From: Thermodesulfobacteriota bacterium | GTDB lineage: Bacteria > Desulfobacterota > Desulfobacteria > Desulfobacterales > C00003060 | DNA length: 64,000 bases | Reading direction: 5' to 3' | NCBI GenBank assembly: GCA_034189385.1 | Contig: JAXHVD010000010.1 | Location: 32,001-96,000 of the forward strand | Part shown: positions 38,110 through 48,636 of the stretch, piece by piece | Layout of the letters: each line of letters begins with the position of its first letter | How positions within the stretch are numbered: the first letter of the stretch is position 1 | The notes under the pieces: generated by a model | Told to the model about the DNA's origin: nothing | Database searches by the model: none | The model's input: the letters and a program-made list of their open reading frames with translations, nothing else | Made by a program: the position numbers and the translations under genes

Positions 38110-38898
38110 ATGAATCTTCTCTTTGCCTTAACTATTATCTGTTACCTTGCAAGCTCCCTGGGTTACCAGGGCTATATTCTATTCCAAAAAAGACCTATCC
38201 ACAGAATGGCCAATATCGTCCTGTGGGTTGGATTCTTGTCTCACACAGCGGTCATTGGGTTGCAGTGCGTCGAATCTGGACACATACCGGTTCAGAATCT
38301 CCACGAAACGCTGTCAACCTTTGGATGGGCAGTGGTTGGTGTCTTTCTGGCACTTCAACTGAAGTATCACCTGATGGTCCTGGGAGCCCTCGCGGCACCC
38401 TTGGCCACCCTTGCAGTCGTCATCGCTTCCATGTTGCCCAGGCCACCTGTAGAATTGGCCCCCCTCTTCAAGAGCTTGTGGCGAAGCCTGCACCTCGGGA
38501 CCCTGATTGTGGGAAACGCCGCCTTTGCCATTGCCTGCTCTGCGGGCATCTTGTATCTTATTCAGGAAAGGGCCATAAAAGACAAAAAGCCCGGGTTTTT
38601 CTTTCGCCGACTCCCGTCCCTCAAACTGCTTGACTCCGTGGGCTATGCAAGCCTTATCGTTGGATTTCCCATGCTCACCTTTGGAGTCATCACGGGCGTC
38701 ATCTACGCCCAGATGGTTCGAGGACGATTCTGGAGTTGGGACCCCGGAGAGATCCTCGGGGCCGTGACGTGGCTCGTTTACGCGGTCCTGCTTCACGAAC
38801 GGTTGGCAGTGGGATGGCAGGGAAGAAGGGCCGCCATTATGACGATTGTTGGATTCGCCATACTCCTGCTCACGTCTTTCTTATTCTTCTTGCGTTAG
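38110..38898 (+). CDS. ccsA: CcsA/HemX-like heme-handling membrane protein
   Basis: Multi-TM; RLPSLKLLD, GFPMLT, WWD-domain FWSWDPGE...TWLVY; between sirC and hemA. Confidence 0.85.
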   Translation: MNLLFALTIICYLASSLGYQGYILFQKRPIHRMANIVLWVGFLSHTAVIGLQCVESGHIPVQNLHETLSTFGWAVVGVFLALQLKYHLMVLGALAAPLATLAVVIASMLPRPPVELAPLFKSLWRSLHLGTLIVGNAAFAIACSAGILYLIQERAIKDKKPGFFFRRLPSLKLLDSVGYASLIVGFPMLTFGVITGVIYAQMVRGRFWSWDPGEILGAVTWLVYAVLLHERLAVGWQGRRAAIMTIVGFAILLLTSFLFFLR

Positions 38899-38932
38899 TG
38901 TGGTGGTTGAGGGGCCACTGGAGAGTCGAGGA

Positions 38933-40234
38933 ATGGTTGAAAAAAGGCATATTGTAGTCGTTGGCCTTAATCACAAAACAGCTCCAGTTGAGGTTAGAGA
39001 ACGCCTGGCATTTTCCAGCGAAGACACCCCCCATGTGCTGGAATCCGTATGCCAATGCCCCTCTGTGAACGAAATCCTGCTCTTTTCCACCTGCAACCGT
39101 GTAGAGTTTCTTTTAGCTACCCAGGATGTGGCCAAGGCGGTGGAGGCGGTAAAGGACTTCATGGCCGAGTTTAAGAAGACCCCCCTTCCAAGCTTTGAGG
39201 AATCCCTTTATGTGTACAGTGGCGACCAGGCGATCCGTCACATGTTTAGGGTGGCGTCAAGTCTCGACTCCATGGTGGTGGGAGAACCCCAGATTTTAGG
39301 GCAGGTCAAAGACTGTTACGGCCAGGCCTGTGATCACAGGACCTGTGGCGTGGTCCTGAACAGGCTCATGCACCGAGCTTTTTCTGTGGCCAAACGGGTG
39401 CGCACAGAGACCGGCATCGGCGACCATGCGGTGTCTATCAGCTATGCGGCAGTGGAGCTGGGTCGAAAGATCTTCGGCGAGCTAGAGGAAAAGGCGGTAT
39501 TGCTCATTGGCGCTGGCGAAATGGCAGAGCTTGCTGTTGAGCACCTGGTGAATAATCGGGCCAGGCCCATATTTGTAGCGAACCGGACCTTTGAGCGGGG
39601 ACTTGAGCTGGCTGAAGGTTTCAGGGGAACGGCCATTCGATTCGAAGAGGTCCGTGACTACCTCAAAGAGGTGGACATCGTGATAAGCTCAACGGGGGCA
39701 TCGGACTATATTCTAGTCCGCGACGATTTCAAGGGGCTAATGCGGGCCCGGAAGAATCGACCCCTGTTCTTCATTGACATTGCTGTCCCCCGGGATATCG
39801 ACCCCGAGATCAACCGTATCAACAACGTCTATGTCTATGACATTGATGATCTCAATAACGCCATTCAAGAGAATATAGACGAACGGCAACAGGAAGCTCT
39901 TAGGGGAGAACGCCTTGTCGACGGGGCTGTGATCCAGTTTCGCAGATGGTTCCAGGGCCTCGATGTGGTGCCCACCATTGTGGACCTCCGGGCCAAGGTG
40001 GAGGAGATCAGGCAAAGAGAACTCAAGAAGACCTTTGCAGCCCTCAACTCCGTATCTGAGGAAGACCGGGCAGCCATCGACCGGTTGACTGCAGCCCTGG
40101 TGAACAAGATCCTCCATGACCCTACGATCTTTTTGAAACAGAGCGGCTATAAGGAAAGAAAACCCCTCTATGTGGATATTACCCGCCGCCTCTTTAACCT
40201 GGATGAGGGCAATGGCGGAAAATCCGAGGGGTGA
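38933..40234 (+). CDS. hemA: Glutamyl-tRNA reductase
   Basis: GLNHKTAPVEVRE, STCNRVE, SLDSMVVGEPQILGQ, IGAGEMA, DIAVPRD. Confidence 0.98.
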   Translation: MVEKRHIVVVGLNHKTAPVEVRERLAFSSEDTPHVLESVCQCPSVNEILLFSTCNRVEFLLATQDVAKAVEAVKDFMAEFKKTPLPSFEESLYVYSGDQAIRHMFRVASSLDSMVVGEPQILGQVKDCYGQACDHRTCGVVLNRLMHRAFSVAKRVRTETGIGDHAVSISYAAVELGRKIFGELEEKAVLLIGAGEMAELAVEHLVNNRARPIFVANRTFERGLELAEGFRGTAIRFEEVRDYLKEVDIVISSTGASDYILVRDDFKGLMRARKNRPLFFIDIAVPRDIDPEINRINNVYVYDIDDLNNAIQENIDERQQEALRGERLVDGAVIQFRRWFQGLDVVPTIVDLRAKVEEIRQRELKKTFAALNSVSEEDRAAIDRLTAALVNKILHDPTIFLKQSGYKERKPLYVDITRRLFNLDEGNGGKSEG

Positions 40235-40291
40235 ACTGCAGCCGTGAGAATCACTCATCATGGCCAATAACCCTATGAAAGGAGCTGTGCG

Positions 40292-41233
40292 TTGAAGAAG
40301 AAAATAGCCTTTCTCTTTCCGGGACAGGGTTCGCAGGTGGTGGGTATGGCTCTGGATCTCTATGAGGAATATGACTTTGTCCGCGAGATTTTTGACATGG
40401 TGGATGAGGTGACAAAAAGCCATCTATCCAGACTCTGCTTTAAGGGCCCCATGGAAGAGCTGACCCTTACGGTGAATCTTCAGCCAGCGGTCACAGCGGT
40501 AAATCTGGCATGCCTTGCGGCCCTTCAGAAAGAGGGGGTCGAACCTGCCTTGACGGCCGGCCACAGCCTTGGAGAGTATAGTGCCTTGGCAGCCGCTCAG
40601 GTGACCAGCGCCCTGGACACCTGCAAACTGGTCTTCAAGAGGGGCCACTTGATGCACCGTGAGGCCACCAAGCACGCCGGGGCCATGCATGCCTTGCTGG
40701 GTCTGGATATTGATGCGGTGCGCCATATTGTGCAAGAGGCCAAAGAAAGGGGCGTTGTGGCCGTGGCGAATCATAATACAGATACGCAGATTGTCATTAC
40801 AGGCGCCCCCGACGCCGTGGATCACGCCTCTGCATTGGCAGCAGCCCAAGGAGCCAAGGCCATTCCACTGAAGGTAAGCGGGGCATGGCACAGTGAATTG
40901 ATCCGAGGGGCCGAGAAAGACTTCAAGGCCTTTTTGGAAGAAATCCCCTTCAACGTCCCCAACACGCCCGTGGTCTTCAATGTCACGGCAGATTCCGAAT
41001 CAGACCCGGACAAGATGAAGGAGATCATGGCGAGGCAGCTCTGCAGCCCCGTTCGATGGTATGATTCTGTATGCCACATGCAAGAGCAAGGGGTGGAGGT
41101 TTTTGTAGAAGTGGGCCCCAAAAAGGTATTAAGTGGCCTGCTTCGCAAGATTATCCCTGATACATATGCCCATGAACTGTATAATGTAGACGGGATGAAA
41201 GGACTGGAGCGCTTTTTGAAGGCTGTGACATAG
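40292..41233 (+). CDS. fabD: Malonyl-CoA:ACP transacylase
   Basis: FPGQGSQ, GHSLGEY, VSGAWHS, SPVRW, EVGP. Confidence 0.95.
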   Translation: MKKKIAFLFPGQGSQVVGMALDLYEEYDFVREIFDMVDEVTKSHLSRLCFKGPMEELTLTVNLQPAVTAVNLACLAALQKEGVEPALTAGHSLGEYSALAAAQVTSALDTCKLVFKRGHLMHREATKHAGAMHALLGLDIDAVRHIVQEAKERGVVAVANHNTDTQIVITGAPDAVDHASALAAAQGAKAIPLKVSGAWHSELIRGAEKDFKAFLEEIPFNVPNTPVVFNVTADSESDPDKMKEIMARQLCSPVRWYDSVCHMQEQGVEVFVEVGPKKVLSGLLRKIIPDTYAHELYNVDGMKGLERFLKAVT

Positions 41234-41340
41234 GCCCGGTGGGACGTCTTCTTTCTTCACCAATCAATCCTTTGTTCGCAAGCGGTCATCACAAGGTTCC
41301 GCTAAATGTATGATGAGCGCTTTTGTTGGAGACTGTAGGC

Positions 41341-42024
41341 ATGAATGGAAAAAGGCTGGGAGATCCTTATAAAGACTTTTTGGAAGATATCGCTGGTTTT
41401 TCTTCCGAGAGGACAGAAAAGGAGCCCCCTTCAGCCGTGGTGGCAGAACAAGAAGGGGAGCCGGCTTCTGTTGGTCACCGGGTCAAGATGGTGCGCCAAA
41501 AAAAGGGGCTGACCATAGAAGATGTGGGGCAGCGGACAGGCCTCAGTCCAGCATACCTGGACCAAATCGAGGCAGACGAGGTCTCGCCTCCCTTGGGTGT
41601 GCTGATCAGAATGGCCAAGGCCCTTGACATGAAGCTGGGCCGCTTCATCTCCACTGGCGAGGTAAAGCCCTTTACGGTGGTCCGCAAAGACGAGGGGCGC
41701 ATCATCTCGAGGTACACGTCTGCTCAGGGAGATCAGTACGGCTACACTTATGAATCCCTGGCGCCAGACAAGAAAGATCGACACATGGAGCCCTTCATGA
41801 TCACCCTGGTACCATCAGGGGCAAAGAAGGAGCTTTCCACTCATGCAGGACAGGAGTTCATCCATGTATTGAAAGGGGCCTTGGAGGTCACCTTGAAAGA
41901 CCATCAGGCCGTGCTTTATCCTGGTGACAGCATCTACTTCGACTCCTCAGTACCCCACCTGGTGCGGTGCCACGGCGACGAGGAGACCGTTATCCTGGCC
42001 GTGCTCTATATAACGGACCGATAG
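41341..42024 (+). CDS. XRE-family HTH + cupin transcriptional regulator
   Basis: HTH (GLTIEDVGQRTGLS...IE...SPPLG) and cupin (MEPF, HAGQEFIHV, GDSIYFDSSVPH). Confidence 0.9.
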   Translation: MNGKRLGDPYKDFLEDIAGFSSERTEKEPPSAVVAEQEGEPASVGHRVKMVRQKKGLTIEDVGQRTGLSPAYLDQIEADEVSPPLGVLIRMAKALDMKLGRFISTGEVKPFTVVRKDEGRIISRYTSAQGDQYGYTYESLAPDKKDRHMEPFMITLVPSGAKKELSTHAGQEFIHVLKGALEVTLKDHQAVLYPGDSIYFDSSVPHLVRCHGDEETVILAVLYITDR

Positions 42025-42040
42025 ACCGGACAGCAAAGGC

Positions 42041-42664
42041 TTATCCTTCCTTTTCCAGTAAGATTTCAATCTCCTTGAAGTGCTCCACTGCAAAGGCGGC
42101 CGAAAGCCTCCTATTCTTGTAGGCCACCAACGGAATCCCTGCTGCCCTGGCGGCCAACTCGTCGATCTTGGAGTCGCCAATGTAGATAGCCTCGTGGGGA
42201 GCAAGGTCAAAGTGGCCCAAGATTTTGAGAAGAGACTCAGGATCCGGCTTTGGTCGCTTCACGTCTAGGCTTGACACCACCAGATCAAAATATCCTTCCA
42301 GTCCATGTTCCAATAGAACGCGATGCATGGTATCAGAGCGGTTTGTGGAGATGGCCGTCTTGTGCTGGGGGCGCAAATACTCTAGAAATGCCATCAGGTA
42401 GGGCTCCATGCGCATGGCGGGAATAAAGGGATGATAGCTAATCTCATGACGATAGGCCAGGGCTTGTTCCACCCGCCGATCATCGCGGAAAAGATAGGAA
42501 ACGGACTGGTCGGCCGTGTGCATATGGACATAGTCCGCCTGTTCCCTGTTCATTGGAGGCTTTTTGAAGTGGATCAGTATGTGATTGTAGTAGGCCTCAT
42601 TGGCTCGCCTTGAGTCGAACATCACGCCGTCGCAATCAAAGATGACAAGTTGCACCTGTGCCAT
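42041..42664 (-). CDS. HAD-superfamily hydrolase (phosphoglycolate phosphatase-like)
   Basis: IFDCDGV, STNR, KPDPE, YIGDS..D. Confidence 0.9.
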   Translation of the reverse strand: MAQVQLVIFDCDGVMFDSRRANEAYYNHILIHFKKPPMNREQADYVHMHTADQSVSYLFRDDRRVEQALAYRHEISYHPFIPAMRMEPYLMAFLEYLRPQHKTAISTNRSDTMHRVLLEHGLEGYFDLVVSSLDVKRPKPDPESLLKILGHFDLAPHEAIYIGDSKIDELAARAAGIPLVAYKNRRLSAAFAVEHFKEIEILLEKEG

Positions 42665-42922
42665 AGCCTGACCTTTGTCTCCCACTGCTCCCTCCCCAAC
42701 GCCGCCCTGCCATAACAGGGTATGCTTCAACAGAATCCCTTGGCCTGTTATGTTACTTCTGATATAGAACCTTAGTATCCATTTGACTGCGGAAAATAGT
42801 GGCAGTCACGCCTTGCTGTCAAGGTCCAAATGCGGGCCTTGAGCTGTTCATTGCAGGGCCAATGGTGTGAGGGGTCTTACGCAACGACTGGACTGTCAAC
42901 AGGAGCCGAACAGGAGGTTGCC

Positions 42923-43276
42923 ATGAAGATCCGAACAAAGGTGTGGATCGACGATGATCAAGACAGGGTCGTCTTTGGCAGTGGCAGGGCGCGCATGCTG
43001 GAGGCGATTGACCGTTTGGGGTCCATGAACAAGGCTGCCAAAGAGATGAAGATGTCCTATCGTGCCGTGTGGGGGAGGATCAAATCCACGGAAGAACGGT
43101 TGGGGGCCAAGATCCTGGCTACAAGCCCTGGGGGAGGAAAGCGGCGCGGCTCCATCTTGACGCCCACGGGGAAGAGACTCCTTGAGAAGTATCGACTCCT
43201 AAAAAGGAAGATCGTCATACAAGCCGATCAGGCATTTGAAGAGATCTTCGGGATAACGAGCAGTGATGAAAAGTAA
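42923..43276 (+). CDS. ModE-type winged-helix regulator (DNA-binding domain only)
   Basis: FGSGRARMLEAIDRLGSMNKAAKEMKMSYRAVW; AGGAGG RBS before ATG 42923. Confidence 0.88.
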   Translation: MKIRTKVWIDDDQDRVVFGSGRARMLEAIDRLGSMNKAAKEMKMSYRAVWGRIKSTEERLGAKILATSPGGGKRRGSILTPTGKRLLEKYRLLKRKIVIQADQAFEEIFGITSSDEK

Positions 43277-45200
43277 GAGAAACATATACCTGCAAATGAA
43301 ACCCATGGACGAGGCCTCGGCCCTCTTCTTTGCCCGTTTTGATCTGGAGGGGTGCCTGAAACCTGAGACCATTGCCGTCCAACTGGCGGCTGGCCGGGTC
43401 ACCGCCGAACCGGTCTTCGCCAGGTTGTCCAGCCCGAGTTATCACGCAGCCGCTATGGATGGGATTGCCGTCCGTGCAGAAACGACCTTTGGCACCACGG
43501 TGGACCGGCCCCAAAAGCTCCGTATGGGCGAGGACGCCCACTTCATCAACACGGGACAGATGATGCCGGAGGGGACAGACGCGGTCATCATGATCGAATA
43601 CGTCACGGACCTGGACCAGGAGACGGTCCAGATTGAATCAGGTGCCTATCCTTGGCAGAATGTCCGGAGAGTGGGCGAAGACATTGTGGCCACAGAACTC
43701 ATTCTACCTCAGAACCACCTTATTACGCCCTATGAGATCGGTGCCCTGCTGAACGGAGGCGTTTTCCATGTGAAGGTCAAGGAAAAACCCAGGGTGCTCA
43801 TCATCCCCACCGGTTCGGAACTGCTGGCCCCCCAGGACGTCAAGGGTGATAGACTTCCTCGGGGAAGGGTCATTGAAAGCAATTCCGCCATCCTCGGGGC
43901 CTTGATCCAGACCAGTGGTGGCGAGTATTTGCCCCATCCAATCGTCCCAGACGTCTTTGAAGAGGTCTTGGATGCCGTCGGCAGGGCTGTACACGGCGAT
44001 GCCCATATCGTGATCGTCAGTGCAGGGTCTTCAGCTGGTTCTGAGGATTATACCGCTGGCGTCATGGGCCAGCTAGGAGAAGTCCTCGTACATGGAGTGA
44101 CCATGATGCCTGGGAAACCAACGGTGCTGGGTGCCATCAATAATAGACCTGTCATCGGGAATCCAGGGTACACGGTTTCTGCCATTATGGCCTATGAAAA
44201 GTTTGTCGAGCCCCTCATGTGTCGGATGCTCGGTCTTGAAGCGCCAGTCAAAGAGAAGGCCAAGGTACGGGTAGCCCGGAAGATGGCATCCAAACTCGGC
44301 CTTGACGAATTTGTCCGGGTGAAACTGGGCCGCGTTGGAGACACCCTGGTGGCTTCCTCCCTTCCTAGGGGTGCCGGTTCTGTCACGACACTGACTGAAG
44401 CTGATGGCATCATTCAGATCCCCAGCCACGTGGAAGGGATCCAGGCAGGCGAGGTGGTGGAAGCAGCGCTTCTCAGGAAACGGGCGCATATCGAAAATAC
44501 GGTCGTCGTCGTGGGAAGCCATGACAACACCCTCGATGTCCTGGCCAATCAGATGAGGGTGAAGGATTGTCGTTTCGGCCTCTCTTCAAGTAATGTGGGA
44601 AGCCTCGGGGGACTCATGGCCTTGCGGAACGGGTATTGTCATACCGCAGGCTGCCACCTCCTGGACACGGAGACCGGAATATATAATGTCTCTTATATCA
44701 AGCAATACCTTCCTGCCCTGCGGGTCAGGGTGATCAACTTGGTATATCGTGAGCAGGGGCTCATGGTGTTGCCAGGCAACCCCAAAGGGATCACAGGGAT
44801 AGAGGACCTAGCCAGGGAGGAGATAACCTTTGTGAATCGGCAGGCAGGATCAGGGACTCGGATTCTCCTGGACTATCGGTTGTCAGAGCTCAGGATCAGG
44901 CCAGAGACCATCAAAGGCTATGATCAAGAAGAATTTACCCATATGTCCGTTGCGGTAAATGTCCTCAGCGGCGCAGCAGATGCCGGGCTGGGCATCTATG
45001 CGGCGGCCAAGGCCTTGGGGCTGGACTTTGTCCCCATGGTCACAGAAGAATACGACCTGGTGATCCCAGAGGCATTCTTTGAAGACGAAAAGATCCAGTT
45101 GATGCTCGAGGTCATCCGCTCAAGTGCCTTTAGAGGATATGTCGATCAGATGGGCGGATATGATACCTCAAAGACGGGCACACTCCTTGCCACCCTTTAA
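43266..45200 (+). CDS. moeA: Molybdopterin molybdotransferase MoeA fused to a PBP/LysR-type substrate-binding domain
   Basis: AAMDGIAV, IPTGSEL, GSSAGSED, MPGKP, GNPGY; then GSHD, GSLGGL, NRQAGSGTR. Confidence 0.92.
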   Translation: MKSKRNIYLQMKPMDEASALFFARFDLEGCLKPETIAVQLAAGRVTAEPVFARLSSPSYHAAAMDGIAVRAETTFGTTVDRPQKLRMGEDAHFINTGQMMPEGTDAVIMIEYVTDLDQETVQIESGAYPWQNVRRVGEDIVATELILPQNHLITPYEIGALLNGGVFHVKVKEKPRVLIIPTGSELLAPQDVKGDRLPRGRVIESNSAILGALIQTSGGEYLPHPIVPDVFEEVLDAVGRAVHGDAHIVIVSAGSSAGSEDYTAGVMGQLGEVLVHGVTMMPGKPTVLGAINNRPVIGNPGYTVSAIMAYEKFVEPLMCRMLGLEAPVKEKAKVRVARKMASKLGLDEFVRVKLGRVGDTLVASSLPRGAGSVTTLTEADGIIQIPSHVEGIQAGEVVEAALLRKRAHIENTVVVVGSHDNTLDVLANQMRVKDCRFGLSSSNVGSLGGLMALRNGYCHTAGCHLLDTETGIYNVSYIKQYLPALRVRVINLVYREQGLMVLPGNPKGITGIEDLAREEITFVNRQAGSGTRILLDYRLSELRIRPETIKGYDQEEFTHMSVAVNVLSGAADAGLGIYAAAKALGLDFVPMVTEEYDLVIPEAFFEDEKIQLMLEVIRSSAFRGYVDQMGGYDTSKTGTLLATL

Positions 45201-45264
45201 AGACGGCAAGACCTCCCTCCCCTTGCCTGCCACGGGAGGACCGAAAAACCAAACCGGAAATCAC

Positions 45265-45756
45265 TCAAAGGGAAACCCGCTCGTAGGTTCGGCTTGAGGT
45301 GTCCACAAAGTAGAAGCCAGGAGAGCCGTCTTTTCCCATCACCTCCCCGGGGTTGAGTAAGACCGTCTCCCCCTTTTTATCCAGGCACGCCTCATGTGAG
45401 TGGCCAAAGCATACAAGATCGTATCGACCGGTGGCGGCCAACCCGTCTGCCACCCTTGGGTCGTGCGTAAAGGCCACCTGGAAGCCGTCGAGATTCAGTT
45501 CCCCCAAAAGACCATAGAGCGTGATACGAGAAAGCTCCGTCATGGAGAGCTTGGTCAAAAGGTACTGGTCCCCGTCATTGTTACCAAAGACCCCGTGGAC
45601 TGGAATAGCCGCCTGCTCCAGCTCTTTGAGCATGAATGGAGCCACAAAATCCCCACAGTGAATGATCGCCTCCGCCCCGCGGGCCTTAATCAGTTCTATG
45701 GCCTTGCGGAGGTTCCAGATATGGTCGTGTGTGTCACTCATGACAGAAAGTATCAT
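45265..45756 (-). CDS. YfcE-family metallophosphoesterase
   Basis: SDTHD, HCGD, GNND, FTH, GHSH, NPG. Confidence 0.92.
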   Translation of the reverse strand: MILSVMSDTHDHIWNLRKAIELIKARGAEAIIHCGDFVAPFMLKELEQAAIPVHGVFGNNDGDQYLLTKLSMTELSRITLYGLLGELNLDGFQVAFTHDPRVADGLAATGRYDLVCFGHSHEACLDKKGETVLLNPGEVMGKDGSPGFYFVDTSSRTYERVSL

Positions 45757-46004
45757 TGCCTACCCTCCCTTGGAAAAATGATTTGCCCGAGCCCCTCTTC
45801 GCCATGAGAGGCGACGCAGGCGCAAAGATAATCGCTCTTTAGCAGAACACAACGTGGCAAGAAAGACCTTTTCAGATGCCCTGAAATGGGCCATTCGTGG
45901 CCAAGGGAAAAGACCTGGGACAAGCCCAAGGGCTTTATTCTCTTGACTTGAAGCTGCTGATTCCCTATTCCCATATCATCTACTGATCAACCTGGAGGAA
46001 CACC

Positions 46005-47111
46005 ATGAAAAGCCCTGTGTTTTTTTCAGATCTACGCGCAACGCCGAATCAGAATCTTATGGCGAAGGTGAGAGGCCTCTTGGACGCCGTTGGCTTGGCC
46101 GACAAATTCAAGAAGGGGGCCTTGGTGGCTGTAAAGCTCCATTTTGGAGAGGCGGGAAATACGGCCTACATACGGCCAAACTTTATTCGAGAGATTTGTG
46201 ATAGAATTAAGGAGGTGGGAGGCCGGCCCTTTTTGACTGACGCGAACACCCTCTACGTGGGGAGTCGAAGTGACTCCGTTGACCATCTCATAACGGCCAT
46301 CCAAAACGGCTTTGACTATGCCGTGGTGGGCGCTCCCCTGATCATTGCCGATGGCCTGAGGGGTGGCAACGAGGTAGCTGTCACCGTCGACTTGAAGCGA
46401 TTCAAGCGTGTCTATCTCGGTTCTGAAATTATACGGGCCGATGCCATCGTGAGTGCTGCCCATTTTAAGGGTCATGAGTTGTCGGGATTTGGGGGAACCA
46501 TAAAGAACCTGGGCATGGGATGCGCTTCCCGAAAAGGAAAGCTCGCCCAGCATTCCACAGTCTCACCCAAGGTGAAAAGAAAGAAGTGCGAAGGGTGCGG
46601 CGAGTGTGTGGAATACTGCGCGCAGAAGGCCATTTCCCTGGTGGATGAAAAGGCCAAAATCGACCGCAAAAAGTGCGTGGGATGCGGCGAATGTATCATC
46701 GTCTGCCCCAATCAGGCCATCCAGATCCAATGGAATCAGCAAATTCCGGTATTTCTAGAAAACATGGTGGAGTACACAAAGGGGGTCCTGAAAGGCAAAG
46801 AGGACTCAGCCTGCTTTATCAACTTCATCACCCAGGTGTCACCTGCTTGTGACTGCTATCCCCACAATGATCTCCCTATTGTGGCAGACATCGGCATCGT
46901 TGCCTCAAACGATCCTGTTGCCATTGATCAGGCCTCGGCGGACCTGGTCAACCAGGCACAGGGGCGGGAAGATTCTTGCCTTACCAAGCATTTCAAGCCA
47001 GGAGAGGACAAGTTCCGGGCCCTCTATCCGAACATCGACTGGGAAATTCAGCTTGAATATGCAGAAAAGATTGGACTGGGAACCCGGGCCTACGATCTGA
47101 TCAAGATATAG
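46005..47111 (+). CDS. DUF362 protein with 2x[4Fe-4S] ferredoxin domain
   Basis: VKLHFGE, HFKGH..GFGGTIKNLGMG, CEGCGECVEYC / CVGCGECIIVC, SPACDC, DPVAIDQAS. Confidence 0.9.
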   Translation: MKSPVFFSDLRATPNQNLMAKVRGLLDAVGLADKFKKGALVAVKLHFGEAGNTAYIRPNFIREICDRIKEVGGRPFLTDANTLYVGSRSDSVDHLITAIQNGFDYAVVGAPLIIADGLRGGNEVAVTVDLKRFKRVYLGSEIIRADAIVSAAHFKGHELSGFGGTIKNLGMGCASRKGKLAQHSTVSPKVKRKKCEGCGECVEYCAQKAISLVDEKAKIDRKKCVGCGECIIVCPNQAIQIQWNQQIPVFLENMVEYTKGVLKGKEDSACFINFITQVSPACDCYPHNDLPIVADIGIVASNDPVAIDQASADLVNQAQGREDSCLTKHFKPGEDKFRALYPNIDWEIQLEYAEKIGLGTRAYDLIKI

Positions 47112-47187
47112 CCCTCTGCCTACCCAACCGAGAGAGATCTTTGAGGAGCCCCTTTTCCGGAACCTTGGCTGCTGATGCGAGGGAATC

Positions 47188-47988
47188 TCAATCAGGGAGC
47201 TTGGTCATTCGGGTGGAGCCAAAATATTCTTCGGTCTGGGAAGAGCTAATCCTAGCCAGTTTGTGGGTGACGGATTGAATACGTCTTGCTTCCCTTAGAA
47301 TGATTTCGAGCGTTTCTCGGACCTTCTCTTGATCTTCCGCTTCCAATATCTCGGCAAGTGCAATAATAGACGTCAGTGGGTTGTTGATTTCATGATTGAC
47401 TGTAACGACAACCTCACCGATTGCTGCCAAGCGTTCTTTCTCGATCAGCTTCTTCTGCGCATCTCTTAGTTCTTCCAGCGTTTCCTTAAGGAGTCTATTC
47501 TTCTCCTGCAATTGTCTTTGAAGAAGCATCTTCTCCAGGACGATAGAAATCTGAGTGGAGACAACGGCATAATCCTCATTTTCAACGTCCTTGTATACGT
47601 CCGGCCTCTGATGGCCCAGATTTAACACGCCGAGCAACTCCTCACTTCCCCAAAGTGGCATCGACACGAAGGAGCTGAATCTTCGTTCCTTCCCGGGCCG
47701 GGCTGTGGCCAGGGATTGAAAGATGACAGGCTTCTTCTGCTTAGATACCCAGCTAGAGATGCCCCTGCCCCTGTCAAAGGAAATTTCACCAGCCAGCTCC
47801 ACAATGTCTTCGCCCTTCTGATGGATCACCTCCAGTCGATTGTTCTCGTGACGATATAGGTATAAGGTAGCACTATCAAAAGGCACGGTCTTTTCGAGCA
47901 GATCAAACACGGCATCAAAGGTATCCTCAGTGCCCAAGCCTTTTTGGAGGATGTTAGCAACTTCGCGTAGAAAGTCAGTCCTGACCAT
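47188..47988 (-). CDS. GAF + HisKA protein without HATPase domain
   Basis: GAF (SFVSMPL...LGVLNL), coiled coil, H-box ERLAAIGE...NHEINNPLT; the protein ends about 60 aa later. Confidence 0.85.
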   Translation of the reverse strand: MVRTDFLREVANILQKGLGTEDTFDAVFDLLEKTVPFDSATLYLYRHENNRLEVIHQKGEDIVELAGEISFDRGRGISSWVSKQKKPVIFQSLATARPGKERRFSSFVSMPLWGSEELLGVLNLGHQRPDVYKDVENEDYAVVSTQISIVLEKMLLQRQLQEKNRLLKETLEELRDAQKKLIEKERLAAIGEVVVTVNHEINNPLTSIIALAEILEAEDQEKVRETLEIILREARRIQSVTHKLARISSSQTEEYFGSTRMTKLPD

Positions 47989-48198
47989 GATGAACCACCT
48001 GATAGTCCCCTTCTTAACCTAGGCGCTACACTTCAACCAGAGTGACTAGGACAATGCGCACGATGCTTCTGGCGCAAGAAGTATAGGCTAAAGGGTCCTC
48101 TGTGTCAATGAAAGGAAGCATCTCGAAGCCCATGACAAATCAGAGACTATTGTCGGAAGACATGGTCGGAGACGTGGCCGAGCAGTGGCCTCCCGATT

Positions 48199-48636
48199 TT
48201 ACTTCACAAGCACATCTGGCAGTCGCTCCACAAAGGCTTTGATTTCATCACGGACACGCCGGTAGTACGCCATGGCCTCTTCTTCGTCTCGGGCGCCCTT
48301 TGCGAGCCTTGGCGGGTCATCAAAGCCCACATGGACCACCTTTGTCTGCGCGGGGAATACGGGGCAGGTCTGGTGTGCATGATCACACACCGTGATCACG
48401 TAATCAAAGGGGATGTCCCCCACCTCTTCCACTGACTTGGACCCTTGGCCTGAGATATCGATGCCCACTTCGGCCATGGCTTTGACAGCTCTTGGGTCCA
48501 ATTGGTGGGGATCGACACCTGCCGAGTAAGGTTCAATGACATCCCCTTTGAGATGTCTTGTCCAGGCTTCTCCCATTTGACTCCGACAGGAATTGCCCGT
48601 ACACAAAAAGAGTATCTTAAGCTTCGGTCTGTTCAT
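48199..48636 (-). CDS. arsC: Thioredoxin-coupled arsenate reductase (LMW-PTP fold)
   Basis: CTGNSCRSQM, TVCDHAHQTCP, FDDP, VRDEI. Confidence 0.95.
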   Translation of the reverse strand: MNRPKLKILFLCTGNSCRSQMGEAWTRHLKGDVIEPYSAGVDPHQLDPRAVKAMAEVGIDISGQGSKSVEEVGDIPFDYVITVCDHAHQTCPVFPAQTKVVHVGFDDPPRLAKGARDEEEAMAYYRRVRDEIKAFVERLPDVLVK

